From the human T2T-CHM13v2.0 reference genome, Homo sapiens: a stretch of 64,000 nt of DNA. Both the position numbers and the translations under genes were made by a program. Each line of letters opens with the position of its first letter. The first letter of the stretch is position 1. The notes under the pieces were generated by a model. That model searched no databases, was not told the DNA's origin, and was given only the letters and a program-made list of their open reading frames with translations. Shown in pieces: positions 14,069 through 28,710 of the stretch. The DNA lies in the NCBI RefSeq assembly GCF_009914755.1, contig NC_060935.1; one strand, written 5' to 3'.

Positions 14069-14760
14069 GTTCAGAATGCCAACAACTTTCTACTTGGCTT
14101 TTTGTACCTCTCTTGATTAAAAAATACAAAACAAAACAATACACTTTGGATCAGAGCACTGAGCAAGAAACTAGAACCATGTAAGACACAGAGTAGGTTC
14201 TCAATAAATGTTTCCTAATTTTTAATGTGTCCTTATTTTCTTTCCCCAAGTAGATTCCAAGCACCTCTGTATACCCTGAAGTTCTGATTTAGTGCTTATA
14301 CGTACTAGCTATTCTCACAAGTATATGGGTTGAACCAAACTGAATTTGTAGTGGGACTTCTTTTAGAAAACAGAGATATACTACAAATCTTGATTTAAAT
14401 GTCAATAAATTCAGTTAAAATATATAATTATTGACCAAAATTTTAGCAGTGGTTCTTCAAGATAAAAATATTTTGAAGGATCTTTTCTTTTTATTACTTT
14501 TTCCCCCTTCTGTGAATGCCATAAAAGAGTTCAGTGAGCAAATATTGCATTGTGTATGCTGTGGTTCTTCAGGTTTCATGCATTTCTTGAATGCATAAAA
14601 CGTAATGAATTTGTTTTAGTGGTGCCTGCTCATCAGGATGCTGAATTTTCTTTCTTATATTTAACCTCCCTAGCAAATTTGAGTCTTTGATAATGTCAGA
14701 ATGTTTAAGTTTTCCCGATTTGAGATATTAAGTGAGAATTCATTCTTCACTTATTCTTAG

Positions 14761-14845
14761 GAAATGGATACTGTTTTCAATCCTGGCTCAGTACCTAGAA
14801 AGATGGTTATTTTGTTTTGAGTGTTTTGCAGACTAAGCCATGTAG
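14761..14845 (+). other. Candidate 85-nt exon, probably non-coding
   Basis: ttcttcacttattcttAG|G ... TAG|GTATGT in unique sequence. Confidence 0.25.
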
Positions 14846-17829
14846 GTATGTACGTAGAACTCAGCACTGGTAGGTAGCTTGATGCAGCCCAGGGGCAAGG
14901 TAGATCCTGCTTTGAAGACTCCTACCGGGAACCCTGTGACATAAGATTAGACAGCTCAAGGATATGGGCTCTGTAGTCTCAAGAACCCACAAAGGAATGG
15001 AATCTGAGACTGCGTGCCAGTGCATGTGGGGGTCTCCCTAGGGGAATCAGGGAAAGATCCTGGACTGAACACCATGCATGATTTGCATTTTGCTTTCTCA
15101 TTCCCATGTATGTAAAACATAAATCGAGAAATATAATTATATTTCTATAGTCAATTTCAAAACATTTGGACAAACTTGCACAGATAACTTTTCTCCCCTC
15201 AGCCCCCTGTTATCTTGTGGAACTGTATTTGGAGGTTATTTTAAATTACTTTAGGACATAATGTTCTTGTCTTGACTGCTTTTCAGGTCAAGTAAGGTTC
15301 AGGGCAGCTCAACTGATACTGCGAGGGCTCATATTTGGGAGAGAATTAAAGATTCTAGAGGCTAAATTTATTTAAATATCTCAATCCAGTCCTTATCCCA
15401 CCATCACTTGAAAGTTTTACCAAGCCATGTGTTCTCTGCTTTGTGGATGCTCTGTTTCTGTGCTTAAATCTGCCTGAGCAAACTGTCTGCATGAAATGAG
15501 AAACCAAGCCATCCTAGATAATTTTGGAACATATCTTTACGTGAATCCCCCTTTCTTCTACTCTAAGAGTACCTTTTGGCATGGAGCAAATAAATCTTGA
15601 AATTATTTAAAACATTGATCATTAGACTCTTTGGTCTAGGCAAGCCCATTCTTAGTTTAATAAAATAACTTAGGCTGATTTTACGTTAGAGGAGCTTAAT
15701 TTTTCTCACAAGTCCATAACACTTACCCACCCTGAATTGTAAACACTAGAAACTTCTTTCTTTGGCTTTGAGTTTCTGGAACCAATCTTGACTTTAGGAC
15801 ATGGTATCTGCTTTGTAGAGAGCTGGCAAAGAGTTAATGTGCTTGTAATTTTCTGGGCCTTTCCCTGGTGACTTGGCTGGCAACTTCAAGAAAGTAAACT
15901 AAAAACCTGAACAATGAAGCTAAATGGACGAACTCACAAAGTTATAAATGTTTATAGATGTTGGCAGTTATGCAAATGTTTGACACATACTTTTTCTACA
16001 ATAGACATAAACAATAAGTCATGCCACTTCTAAAAAGCCATGCTTCCATATGACACTAACAATGGGGTGGAGATGGCACACAAGAAGACACTTCTATCCA
16101 TCATGAAGGCAACTGACTATAAGTGGCAGAGCTCATATGCCCAAAGGGAAGGCTGGCCTACTTTATTTTTGCTGAGAGTGAAAGATTATTACCTTTTGCA
16201 GATGCAAGTTTGAAGGGAGTAATAGACCTAGTTATGGAGGCAGAGGCAACATTTCCCAACCTCAGTAAAGGACAAAGCCAAATGTACCCTCATTTATTTT
16301 CTGACTTTGCTTTCTCCAATGATTAGATGTCCTTAAAATTACAAATTAACTTAATAGTCTTAAACGAAGTTAAGAATTACTGGCATGCGAGACTTACATA
16401 TATTTTCTTATCATCTAAAGGAGTTGAGCACTCCATGTTAAGTACAAACTACTAAAAAATAAGAGAATTATCCAAACAATATAATGTCTAAGGGGGAATA
16501 TCCACTGCATTTCAGATTAAAATTGAGGTCTGTGCAACCAATTTATAGGCCTGCAATATTTTAGAGTCCCTTTCAATGCTAAGTAATTCCCCACTCTCTA
16601 GAATATCTGAACTTTCTTCTTATTTACCATGTTTTCAGTAAGAAGTACTTTATTCTTCATGCTTCAAAAAATCATTGATGGTTATGGAAAAAAAAGACAT
16701 TCTTTGGATTTCTATTGATGAGAAGTTTAATCTGTAACTCAAACAAAGGCAAGCCACATTGTTCTTCCTCTGAAAAGGTTTTTTAATGCCAATGTCCAAA
16801 GATTACTCAGTGATTCCGTGGGCACTCCAAGCACTAGAAGCATATGTACATCCGCTCAATATCCCTGATCAATGTGACACTTGAATTAAGCTAATTTATT
16901 CAGTGCAAACTTGACCTTGAATTGTAGAGTACTGTTTTAAAGTTATATTAAGGAACTTTACCTACTAGGAAGAATTCTAATTAGTGTATGATGAGAAAAG
17001 GCACTTAATTTGGCTCATCGACTTGTCATTGTTCAGAAAATGATGACATTGTTTGGAAGTCACATAGAGGGTTTCACACTAAATACTCATTTGGATAAAT
17101 GGATAACCAGGTATACTTTGCAGTGGAAGTATTGAGGGCTGAAATTCCTAGTTGTCTTGCTCATCCATGAATGAAATTAAACAATGCTGAAGATTTAAAT
17201 GCACCCTATACTTGAAAGCACATCTCTGATAGAAGTCCAAATTATTTCCATTTTTTTTCCTCTGTCATCTGGACATTTGCCTGCCATAAGCAGCTATTTA
17301 AAAAGAAGTCCAATAGTCTCACTGTTAATTTTCATCCATCCATCTATATATTCAAAAACATTTATTTAGAATCTACCAATGGCTTGGTGGGGTTTGGTGT
17401 TTGAAACATAGAAGTTAATAGGGCATACTTCTGTTTTCTAGAGGCTCTTAGACTGACATATAAACAGGAAATTAAAATGTAGTGTTGCAACTGGGATGAC
17501 AGGTAAGCCACAGTTCTCAGTGCATCCCAAATGAGGTAAAGTAGTGTATCCAAGGTTATTACAAATATCTCATTTATTGCATTTTTTATAATTGTAAAGC
17601 TATGCTTATTATAGAATATAATGTAAATATAAGAACACATTGGCACTATTGTAACTATAGATAACTTATGCAAATTCAACTGTCTATTTTTAACATTCCT
17701 ATTAATAGTCACAGATATTTTCTTTGACTTCTAATCTAAGGAGGGAGAAGAAAGACCCTCTTCAAAGAGTCCCACTTGCAACACTCATGACTCTTCTTCA
17801 GAGTTCTTGTTACTAAGACAATTCCACAT

Positions 17830-18025
17830 TAGTCTGTGAGATTATTTGATTAATGTTTGTCCCCACACTATGTTATAAACTCTTATCAGGTCGGAGACCT
17901 AGTCTCTTTCTAATTCATTTTTGCATCGAGAGCACCTTGCAGAATGCTCTTCTCACAGCAGATACTTAATACATTTTTGTTGGATGGATGGATGGATGGA
18001 TGGGTAAATGAAAGGATGAATACAG
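17830..18025 (+). mobile_element. L2 3' end with (TGGA)n tail
   Basis: agcaccttgcagaatgc...atacttaatacatttttgttggatggatgg. Confidence 0.65.
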
Positions 18026-18420
18026 AAAAACTGGAATACTAGGAGGTAGAACTCTCTTGCAGAAGTGATGTGGCCTGGATAGGGAATGACACTGGGGCTA
18101 CAGAAATAAGAGATAGGAAAGTAAAGCAGGACTTGCTTTTGATGAAGTTTCTGAAGTGAGGGAGAAAAAGGCGACAAGGATGACACCCAGATATATGGTC
18201 TCAAGAATGGTAATGCCCTTCCTTGAGACAGACTGATAAATTGTATCCTAGTACAATAAAAGGACTTACAGAGGTAAAGAGCAATGGTCAGTAACTGGCA
18301 AGAAATGAAAGAGAATGAGAAAGGCTCTAAAACATGGGGATCAGATGTGTTCCGAAGAGCCTTCAGGAGAATTACTAAGAAACTGCACCTTGATTTAGTG
18401 AGGCATTTAGCAAATCCATT

Positions 18421-19212
18421 TGTATTAGTTTCCTATGATTGTTATAACAAATTTCCAGAAACTTAGTGGCTTAAAACAACAACTCTTTCCAACGTTCTAG
18501 AGGCTAGAAGTCTGAAATCAAGGTGTTGGCAGGACCACACTCACTCTGATGGCTCTAAGAAAGAATACTTCCTTACCTCTTCCCGCTCCTGGTGCCTCCT
18601 GGTATTCCTTGATCATGGCAGAATAATTCCAGTCTTTGCTTCCATCTTTATATACAGATAATCTTTGACTTAAAATGAAATTACTTTAAAATAATCTCAT
18701 TACAAATGGAAAATATTGTCAGTTAGAATGCATTTTATACATTTAACCTACTGAATATCATAGCTTAGTCTTGCCTACCTTAAATGTGCTCAGAGTACTT
18801 ATGGTGGCCTACAGTTGGGCAAAATAATCTATCAAAAACATGTATTATAGTAAAGTATTGAATGTTTCATGTAATTTGTTGAATACCATTCTGAAAGTGA
18901 AAAACAGAGTGGTTGTATGGGTACACAAAGTACAATTTCTACTGAATGTGTATTGCTTTTCCATCCCTGTAAACTTGAAAACTTGTTAAGTTGAACCATT
19001 TTGAGTCGGAGACCATCTGTAAAGTCTCCTTTTATTGCTGTGTCATCTTCTTATAAGGACACCAGTCATTGGATTTTGTGCCGATCCTAATTCAGTATGA
19101 CTTTATTTTAACTTAATTACATCTGCAAAGACCCTATTTCCAAATAAGGTCACATTCAGAGGTTTTGGGTCGAAATGAATTTTTTGGGGGGGACCTTGTT
19201 GAACCCACTATA
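18421..19212 (-). mobile_element. MLT1B-like MaLR LTR (split by MER47A)
   Basis: tgtattagtttccta...tacatctgcaaagaccctatttccaaataaggtcacattc; TSD ccatt/ctatt. Confidence 0.85.
18655..19019 (+). mobile_element. MER47A Tigger-family DNA transposon
   Basis: CAGAT...CATCTG ends, TA TSDs, 365 bp, internal cctacagttgggcaaaat and gaaagtgaaaaacaga. Confidence 0.9.
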
Positions 19213-20324
19213 CTATTTACCATATTCTTGTGAACAAGATGGAAAAGTATGAGCTGAATGAAAAGCTTTACCAAAAGTTTTGACTGATGGATGCGTGTCA
19301 GGTGTTTTGTAATGAAATTTTGAAGAGCTTTTGGACCACTATTGTACATATTTCATCTTTGACTTGGATGTGGAGAAATAATTCATACAGCAGAAAGTAA
19401 GGAAACCCCTTTAGAGTCCTGACTCAGCCAGTTACTGGCTATGTGGCTTGAGCAAGACACACATCCATGTTTCAGACTAGGTAATTCTAAATCTCTGGGT
19501 TCAACTACCAAGTGATTCTGACTTAAATGTAAGATACTTCCTTTTAACTACATAGTTGAATTAATAAACACAGTAAGTTGTGAGGGGCCAAAAATGAAGA
19601 GGGAAGTTCATAGAGGTTTAACATGTGAACTTAGGAGTCCAAGATATGACTGACTGGGGATTGAGTGAAACAGGTATCAGTCTTGGTAACTGGAGGGCTT
19701 GGAGACAAGATGAGGTACTGTGAGGCAGAGCATTGGAACTGAGTCCTTTCCCTAGCCACACACATCTCAGGCCGTCAGAGCTATTACACCTTAAGTAAAA
19801 AGATGGATCAAAAAAATCTCCCAACAGGGAAGCTGGTCTCATACCCTTAGGGAGCCCACTCCTCTGTACATATCATTCAGCCCCCACACAGCAGAGTGTA
19901 GCATGAAGGATTCAGCATGGCTCAATGCTGGAGTAGAAGTGTGACTTCTCTCACCTAAGTCTCTGGTGAGAAAGAAACCTTCCTCTGAATTCACAATAAT
20001 GACCCTTAATCTTTTACAGATTTGGAATGATCTGAGAGACTGACACAAAAATGGTGAGTGATTTCTCCGAGCTACCTAGAAGAAGCAATGTAAAAACCAT
20101 TCTGGAGTGACACTATTTCAACACAGGCTGTAAAAAAGACCCTGATATAAAGTCTTAGTGAAAATAAACTCATAATAAAAAATGTAAAGCTCCCCCCAAA
20201 ACAATCTACTATGAACAAGAATTAATAGGCAAACATACACATACAAATGGCAGTATTAGATTCCTAAACCCTTTAGATAATGACACAATGCAATGGAAGC
20301 TATAAAATATGTATTTTATAAATA

Positions 20325-20870
20325 GTGTTTTTATTTAAAAACAATATTAGATTTACAGAAAAATTGTAACTATAGTACAGAGAGTTTATCTAAACCCACA
20401 CTCAGTTTCTTCTATTATTAACAATTTGCTATAATTAATGAACCAATCTGTCTATATTATTACTATTAGCATTATTAAGTAAAGTTGATACTTTGTTCAG
20501 ATTTTCTTAGTTTTTACCTAATGTCTTTTTGTGTTCGAGGATCTCACCCAAGATACCACATTACATTTGGTTGTCATATCTCCTTAACCTCCTCTTGGCT
20601 GTGACAGTTTCTCAGGCTTTCCTTGTTTTTGATGACCTTGACAGGTTTTTAGATATACCGGTCAGGTATTTTATAGAATGTCCCTAGGATTTGTCAGATG
20701 TTTGTCTCATGATTAGATTGGGCTCATGTTTTTGGGGAGAACACTACAGAGGTAAAGTACATTTTCATCACATCATACCAGGGGCACATATTATCGTCAA
20801 CATCACTTATCAGTATTAATATTGACATTAATCACTGGGCTGAAGTAATGTTTGTCAGATTTGTACAACC

Positions 20871-20902
<32 letters not shown>

Positions 20903-21735
20903 ATACTGTACTCCCTGAAGCACACCTGTATGCACAGACTGCATTAAGGAGTGGGAAGGTATATTCCACTTCCCTTAGGACAGAGTATCTATAAAAACAT
21001 GTTGAGTTCATCTGCATGGAAAAATATGCCTGTTCTCCATTTATTTATTTAATCATTTATTCATATCAGCAACAATACATGGATATTTAATTTATACGAT
21101 AGATTACTAACCAGTACTGCTTTATTAATTTTGTTGCTGAAATTGTTCTAGCTTAGGCAATCAAAAGCTTTTTCAGCTGGCTTCTGTGTCTCTTTCTCGT
21201 GCCCTCATCATGTAGTTTTATTTGTTTTAATTTTTCTTAGCATATTTTTACTTTTTGGCATTGCAAGATGCTCCAGGCTTATCTTGTACATTTTCTGCTC
21301 TAGTTCTAAAATCACTCATTTCTCCAAGGGGCCATGGTTCTTTCTATTACAAATGGCATTAGAAACCAAGATCTTGGCACTAGGTGTGCTCATTGCTACA
21401 TGGTTATTATTGCTTCTTGTTCTTTCAGCTGACAGAGAAAAGAAATATATGTATCCACACTTACCCATGTATATAAATATTAATATAGATATTTACATAT
21501 GTAACATCTATATTTATATTATCCTAAGCATGAGTTTATACTAATGTCTACAACTCTAGTCCATTACCATATAGATCATTCTAGCCACCTCCTTTTGTTT
21601 GTAAGTAATTTCCATCTTCAACAATAAGAAACCTGGCTCCCACTATCCACCATCTTTAATCTTTCAATATATGGTGATATCAGAATTGTTAGCTATGGGA
21701 AACAACTTTATCAAATAAAGTACAGTGCTTACATA
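20325..21735 (-). mobile_element. L1MC/L1MD 3'UTR fragment
   Basis: gataccacattacattt..ctcctcttggctgtgacagtttctcag..; tagaaaccaagatct..gcactaggtgtgctcattgcta. Confidence 0.85.
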
Positions 21736-21739
21736 GGTT

Positions 21740-22885
21740 CTAGTAAAATACATATTGTTAAGAGATTGCATAAATAAATGACATTAAATATAGTAAATGA
21801 ACCCATTGAGTGGGCTAAAATGCATATTAAACTCAGAGAATTGGAATTTAAAAAACTGATCTCAGCAAATTTCTCAGAACATGTCTATCAGGGAGAAAGA
21901 AATGGAAAATGAAAGAAGATACATGACATCAAGGATAGAATAAGAAGGCTCAATATTTGTTTAATAGGGATTTCAGAAATAGAATAAAGTGAGAATGGGA
22001 AAGAAGAAATATTTTAAATCATGGTAAAGACTTTGTCCAGAATTTATAAAATAGGTGAATTCTCAGAAAATATAAGAAAAATTTCCAAGCAAAAGTCAGA
22101 GAAAGATATCCTCACCTTGATGTATATTGTCAAACTGACAAATACTGACAAATCCTAAATGCAATCAGAGAAAGATTGATTACCTAAGAAAGAATTAAAG
22201 TTTGTTTGTCAGCCAGCTTTTTCAACAGCAGTGTTAGAAATTAAGACTGCAAAAGATTTTCTATGTGCTGAGATAAATAACCATCAGCCTAAAACTCTAC
22301 ACTTTAAGTGCAAGGTCAAAATAAACACATTTTCAGATAAACACAAACTGAATTAGTTTACCACTAATAGATACTCACTGGAAATGATTCTACAGAGTTT
22401 ACTTCATGTGATAAATTTACAAAAATGCATACTTTTCCTCTTTCAGGAAGGAGAAAATTAAACCCAAAATGAAAAATTGTGAAGCAAAAATATTGACAAA
22501 CATGGAAATTTATAAAATAAGCATTAACTGTTTAAACAATATTAATAATGAATAAAGTTTAGAATAAGTAAGTTATAAAACATTAAACTACTGGATAACA
22601 ATAAGCTGTAAGGTGGAGGGTGATTGTGGTAAAGCATTCTAAGAATCTTAAATTTAGGGGAAGTGAATTTGATTTTTTTAAAGTTGAGAATACATGTTAA
22701 ACAGAAAAATAGATTATCTAACTTTCAAACAATGAGAGGACAAAAGAGGAATAAAATACATGTGATCAATAAAACAGATGAATAAGAAATAATAAGTAAA
22801 AAGGCACAAAATAAAAACCTAGAATTAAATCCAAGTACACAATGATAATACTATGATTAATCATACTTAAAATACCAATTAAAAG
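21740..22885 (+). mobile_element. Ancient L1M(E) ORF1/inter-ORF region; host of the nested stack, resuming at 28060-29120
   Basis: Degenerate ORF1-like sequence (aggatagaataagaaggctcaatatttgtttaataggg); the ORF2 EN start (ccaattaaaaga) continues after the L1PA tail at 28060. Confidence 0.65.
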
Positions 22886-23465
22886 ACATGCAGACCTTTC
22901 AGCAGAATCCCTACAAGCCAGAAGAGATTGGGGGCCAATTTTCAACATTCTTAAAAGAATTTTTAACCTAGAATTTCATATCTGGCCAAACTAAGCTTCA
23001 TAAGTGAAGAAGAAATAAAATCTTTTTCAGATAAGCAAATGCTAAGGGAATTTGTAATCTCCAGGCCTTGCAAGAGCTCCTGAAGGAAGCAGTAAATGTG
23101 GAAAAGAAAAAACTGTTACCAGCCACTACAAAAAACACACTGAAATATACAGATCAGTGACACTATGAAGCAAATTCATAAACAAGTCTGCAAAATAACC
23201 AACTAGCATCACGATGTCAGGATCAAATTCACACATAAGAATATTAACCTTAAACGTAAATGGGCTAAATGCCCCAAGTAAAAGACACAGAGTGGCAAGC
23301 TAGATAAAGAGTCAAAATCCATTGGTGTACTGTATTCAAGAGACCTATCTCACATGCAAGGACACACATAAGGTCAAAATAAAAGGATGAAGGAAATTTT
23401 ACCAAGCAAATTTAAAACAGAAAAAAGTAGGGGTTGTAATCCTAGTTTCTGACAAGATAGACTTT

Positions 23466-23989
23466 TATTGGGAATAGGCCCCCAAAATCTGGCCGTAAAC
23501 TGGCCCCCAAACTGGCCATAAACAAAATCTCTGCAGCACGGTGACATGTTCATGATGGCCATGACACCCACACTGGAAGGTTGTGGGTTTGCCAGAATGA
23601 GGGCAAGGAACACCTGACCCACCCAGGGAGGAAGACTGCTTAAAGGCATTCTTAAACCACAAACAAAAGCATGAGCGATCTGTGCCTTAAGGACATGCTC
23701 CTGCTGCGGATAACTAGTCAAACCCATCTCTTTATTTCGGCCCATCCTTTTGTTTCCCATAAGGAATACTTTTAGTTATACTTTTAGTTAATCTGTAATC
23801 TATAGAAACAATGCTTATCATTGGTTTGCTGTCAACAAATATGTGGGTAAATCTCTGTTCGAGGCTCTCAGCTCTGAAGGCTGTGAGACCCCTGATTTCC
23901 CACTCCACACCTAAATATTTCTGTGTGTGTGTCTTTAATTCCTCTAGTGCCACCAGGTCAGGGTCTTCTTGACCGAGCTTGTGTTGGTG
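23466..23989 (+). mobile_element. MER9 (HERV-K9/HML-3) solo LTR
   Basis: ggcccccaaaatctggcc..aaactggccataaacaaaatctctgcagcac...gaccgagct; perfect 6-bp TSD GACTTT at 23460-23465 and 23990-23995, inside the L1 EN domain. Confidence 0.92.
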
Positions 23990-26485
23990 GACTTTAAATC
24001 AACAAAGATAAAAAAAGACAAAGAAAGGCATTACATATTGGTAAAAGGGTCTATTCAACAAGAAGAGCTAACTATCCTAAATATATATGCATCCAATACA
24101 GGAGCACCCAGATTCATAAAACAAGTTCTTAATGACCTAAAAAGAGGCTTATACTCCCACACAATAATAGTGAGAGATTTTAACACCCCACTGTCAATAT
24201 TAGATCATTGAGACAGAAAATTAACAAAGATATACAGGACTTGAACTCAGCTCTGGACCAAGCTGATCCAACAGATACCTACAGATCTTTCCACCCCCAA
24301 ACAACAGAATATACATTCTTCTCAGTGCCACATGGCACTTACGCTAAAACTGATTACATAATTGGAAGTAAATCAGCCCTCAGCAAATGCAAAAGAACTG
24401 AAATCATAACAGTTTCTCAGACCACAGCACAATCAAATTAGAACTCAAGAGTAAGAAACTCACTCAAAATTACACAAATACATAGAAATTGATGAAAGTG
24501 ACCCTGGGTAAATCATGAAATTAAGAGAGAAATAAGAAGTTCCTTGAAACCAGTGAAAACAGGCAGGGTACCAGAAACTCTGGGATGCAGCTAAAGTGGT
24601 GTTAAGAGCAAATTTGACAGCACTAAAATGCCCAAATTAAAAAGCTCACAAGATCTCAAATTGACATCCCAGCATGACAACTAAAAGAACTAGAGAACCA
24701 AGAGCAAGCAAACCCCAAAGCTACAGAAGACAAGAAATAACCAAGATCAGAGCAGAACTGAAGGAGATAGAGACACAAAAAACCTTTCAAATAGCAATCC
24801 AAGAGCTGGTTTTTTGAAAAAATTAATAAAAAAGATGGACTGCTAGCTAGACTAATAAGAAAAGAGAGAAAAATAGGCAAAAATGGTCAAGGGGATATCA
24901 CCACTGACTGCCCAGAATTACAAACAACCATCAGAGAATACTTTAAACAGGTCTATGCAAAAATAAACTAGAAAATCTAGAAGAAATGAATCCATCCTGG
25001 ACACATACATCCCCCCAAGACTGAACCAGGAAGAAGTTAAATCCCCGAATAGACCAATGACAGCTTCTGAAATGGAGGCAGTAATAAATAGCCTACCAGC
25101 CAAAAAAAGCCCAGGACCAGATGGATTTACAACTGAATTCTACCAGAAATACAAAGAGAAGCTGATACCATTTCTTCTGAAACTATTTCAAACAATTGAA
25201 AAGGAGGGACTCCTCCCTAACTATGAGGACAGTATCATCTTGATACCAAAACCAGGCAGAGATACAACAACAACAAAAAAGAAAACTTGAGGCCAATATT
25301 CCTGATGAACATCAATGCAAAAATTCTCACTGGCAAACCAAATCCAGCTGCACATCAAAAAGCTTATCCACCACTATCAAGTTGGCTTCATTCCTGGGAT
25401 GCAAAGCTGGTTCAGCATACGTAAATCAATAAACGTAATTCATCACCTAAACAGAACCAAAGACAAAAACCACATGATTATCTCAATAGATGCAGAAAAG
25501 GTCTTTGATGAAATTCAACATCACTTCATGTTAAAAACTCCCAACAAATTAGGTATTGAAGGAACATACCTCAAAATAATAAGAGACATCTATGACAAAC
25601 CCACAGCCAATATCATACTGAATGGGCAAAAGCTAGAAGCAATCCCCTTGAAAACTGGCATAAGACAAGAATGCCCTCTCTCACCACTCCTATTCAACAT
25701 AGTATTGGAAGTTCTGGACAGGACAATCAGGCAAGAGGAAGAAATTAAAGGTATTCAAATAGGAAGGGAGGAAGTCAAATGTCTTTTTTCGCAGATGATA
25801 TGATTCTATATCTAGAAAGCCCCAGCATCTCAGCCCAAAAGCTTCTTAAGCTGATAAACAACTTCAGCAAAGTCTCATGATACAAAATCAATGTGCAGAA
25901 GTCAAAAGCACTCCTATACACTAACAGCAGGCAAGCAGAGAACCAAATCATGAATGAATTCCCATTCACAATTGCTGCAAAGAGAATAAAAAGAGTTAAC
26001 AGCTGGGGTAACAGGGATGTGAGAGACCTCTTCAAGGAGAACTACAAAACTCTTCTTAAGGGAGCCAGGGAGGAAGGACACAAACAAATGAAAACTATTC
26101 TATGCTAATGGATAAGAAGAATCAATATCCATGAAAATGGCCATGCTGCCCAAAGTAATTTATAGATTCAATGCTATTCCCATTAAACTACCATTGACAT
26201 TCATCACAGAATTAGAAAAAAACAATTTTAAAATTCATACGGAACCAAAAAAGAGCCTGTATAGCCAAGACAATCCTCAGCAAAAAGAACAAAGTTGGAG
26301 GTATCACCCTAACAGTATTCAAACTATACTGTAAGGCTACAATAACCAAAACAGTATGGGACTGGTACAAAAGCAGACACACAGACCAATGGAACAGAAT
26401 AGAGAACTCAGAAGTAAGATCGCACATCTACAACCATCTGATCTTTGACAAACCTGACCAAAAAAAGCAATGGGGGAAAGAATTC

Positions 26486-26816
<331 letters not shown>

Positions 26817-28399
26817 AGGATTTAATAAATGGTGCTGGGAGAACTTGCTATTCATTTGCTGAAAATTGAAACTGCACCCCTTCCTCACACCTTACACAAA
26901 AATTAACTCAAGATGGATTAAAGACTTAAATGTAAAACCAAAAACTATAAAAACTCTAGAAGAAAATTTAGGTACACACAAAGATTTCATGATGAAATCA
27001 CTACAAGCAATTGTGAAAAAGGTAAAAATTGACAAACAGGATCTAATTAAAGAGCTTCTGCACAGCAAAAGAAACTAACATCAGAGTGAACAGGCAACCT
27101 ACAGAGTAGGAGAAATATCTTTGCAATTTATCCATCTGACAAAGTTCTAATATCCGGAATATACAAGGAACACAAATTTACAAGAAAAAAAAACAACCCC
27201 ATTAAAAAGTGGGCAAAGGACATGAACAGACACTTCTCAAAAGAAGACATTCATGTGGCCAACAAACATATGAAAAAAAGCTGAACATCACTGATCGTTA
27301 GAGAAATGCAAATCAAAACCACAATGAGATACTATCTCATGCCAGCCAGAATGGCCATTATTAAAAAGCCAAGAAACAACAGATGATAGTGAGATTGCAG
27401 AGAAACAGGAGTGCTTTTACACTGTTGGTGAGAATGTAAATTAGTTTAACCGTTGTGGAAGATGGTATGGCGATTCCTCAAAGATCTAGAACCAGAAATA
27501 GCATTTGACCCAGCAATCCCATTACTGGTATATACCCAAAGGAATATAAATCGTTCTATTACAAAGATACATGCATGTGTATGTTCATTGTAGCATAATT
27601 CACAACTGCAAGGACACAGAATCAACCCAAATGTCCATCAGTGGTAGACTGGATAAAGAAAATGTAGTATGTGGTACATATACACCATAGAATACTATGC
27701 AGCCATGAAAAGGAATGAGATAATGTCCTTTGCAGGGACATGGATGAAGCTGGAAGCCATTATCTTCAGAAAACTAATGCAAGAACAGAAAATCAAACAC
27801 TGCATGTTCTCACTTATGAGTGAGAGCTGAACAATGAGATCACATGGACACAGGGAGGGGAAAAACACACACTGGGGCCTGTTTGGGGTGGGGTGTGGGG
27901 AGGGAGAGTATCAGGAAAAATAGCTAATGCATGCTGGGCTTAATACCTAGGTGATAGGTTGATAGGTACAGCAAACCACTATGGCACACATCTACCTATG
28001 TAACAAACCTGCACATCCTGCACATGTACCCTAAAACTAAAACTAAAGATTAAAAAATACATAAATTATCAAATTGAAATTAAAATACTGCTACATGCAG
28101 ATTATAAGAGATTCATGTAATTATAATGACACAGAAAAAAATTTTAAAGGATAGAAAATTATACTAGGCAAATACTATCCCAAAGAAAGCTGATACAACT
28201 ATATAAATATGACACAAAGTAGTGTTTACAGCAAAAAGAGAATATTCAAGATAAGGAGTGATAATATATCCCTTATCCTGTGCATAAGGAACACATCACT
28301 GGGAAGATAAAAACATTCCGATGTTATGTGTAGCTAATTAAAAAGAGTTAAATTTAGTAAATACACTATAACATTTGTAGATTTTACTCAATTTTTAAA

Positions 28400-28710
28400 A
28401 ACAGGTAACATTTATTGAGATTTTACTATAAGGTATACACGGTTTTAGTAGCTTAATATGCATCAACATATTTAACTGTCATAACAACTTTATAGATAGA
28501 TTTTATTATAATTGCCCCTTATAAGTATCAACTACTTTAAAATAAATAACAACTTTATACAATATATTATTATTTGCTTCACTTTGCAGATAAGGAAACT
28601 GAAGTATATAAGGGCTAAAAAGATTGCTCAAGGTCTCAGCTTGCATATGGTAGAACCAGGCTTGGAATGCAGCAAGTCTATACTGTAAACTACTATAGAA
28701 TAATGCCTCT
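28400..28710 (-). mobile_element. MIR within the old L1M fragment
   Basis: cactttgcagataaggaaactgaag..ttgctcaaggtc; internal repeat ataacaactttata occurs twice. Confidence 0.75.

Noticed and set aside
27873-27904. G-quadruplex-like G-runs
   Set aside because: Standard L1 3'UTR G-rich tract; not specific to this locus
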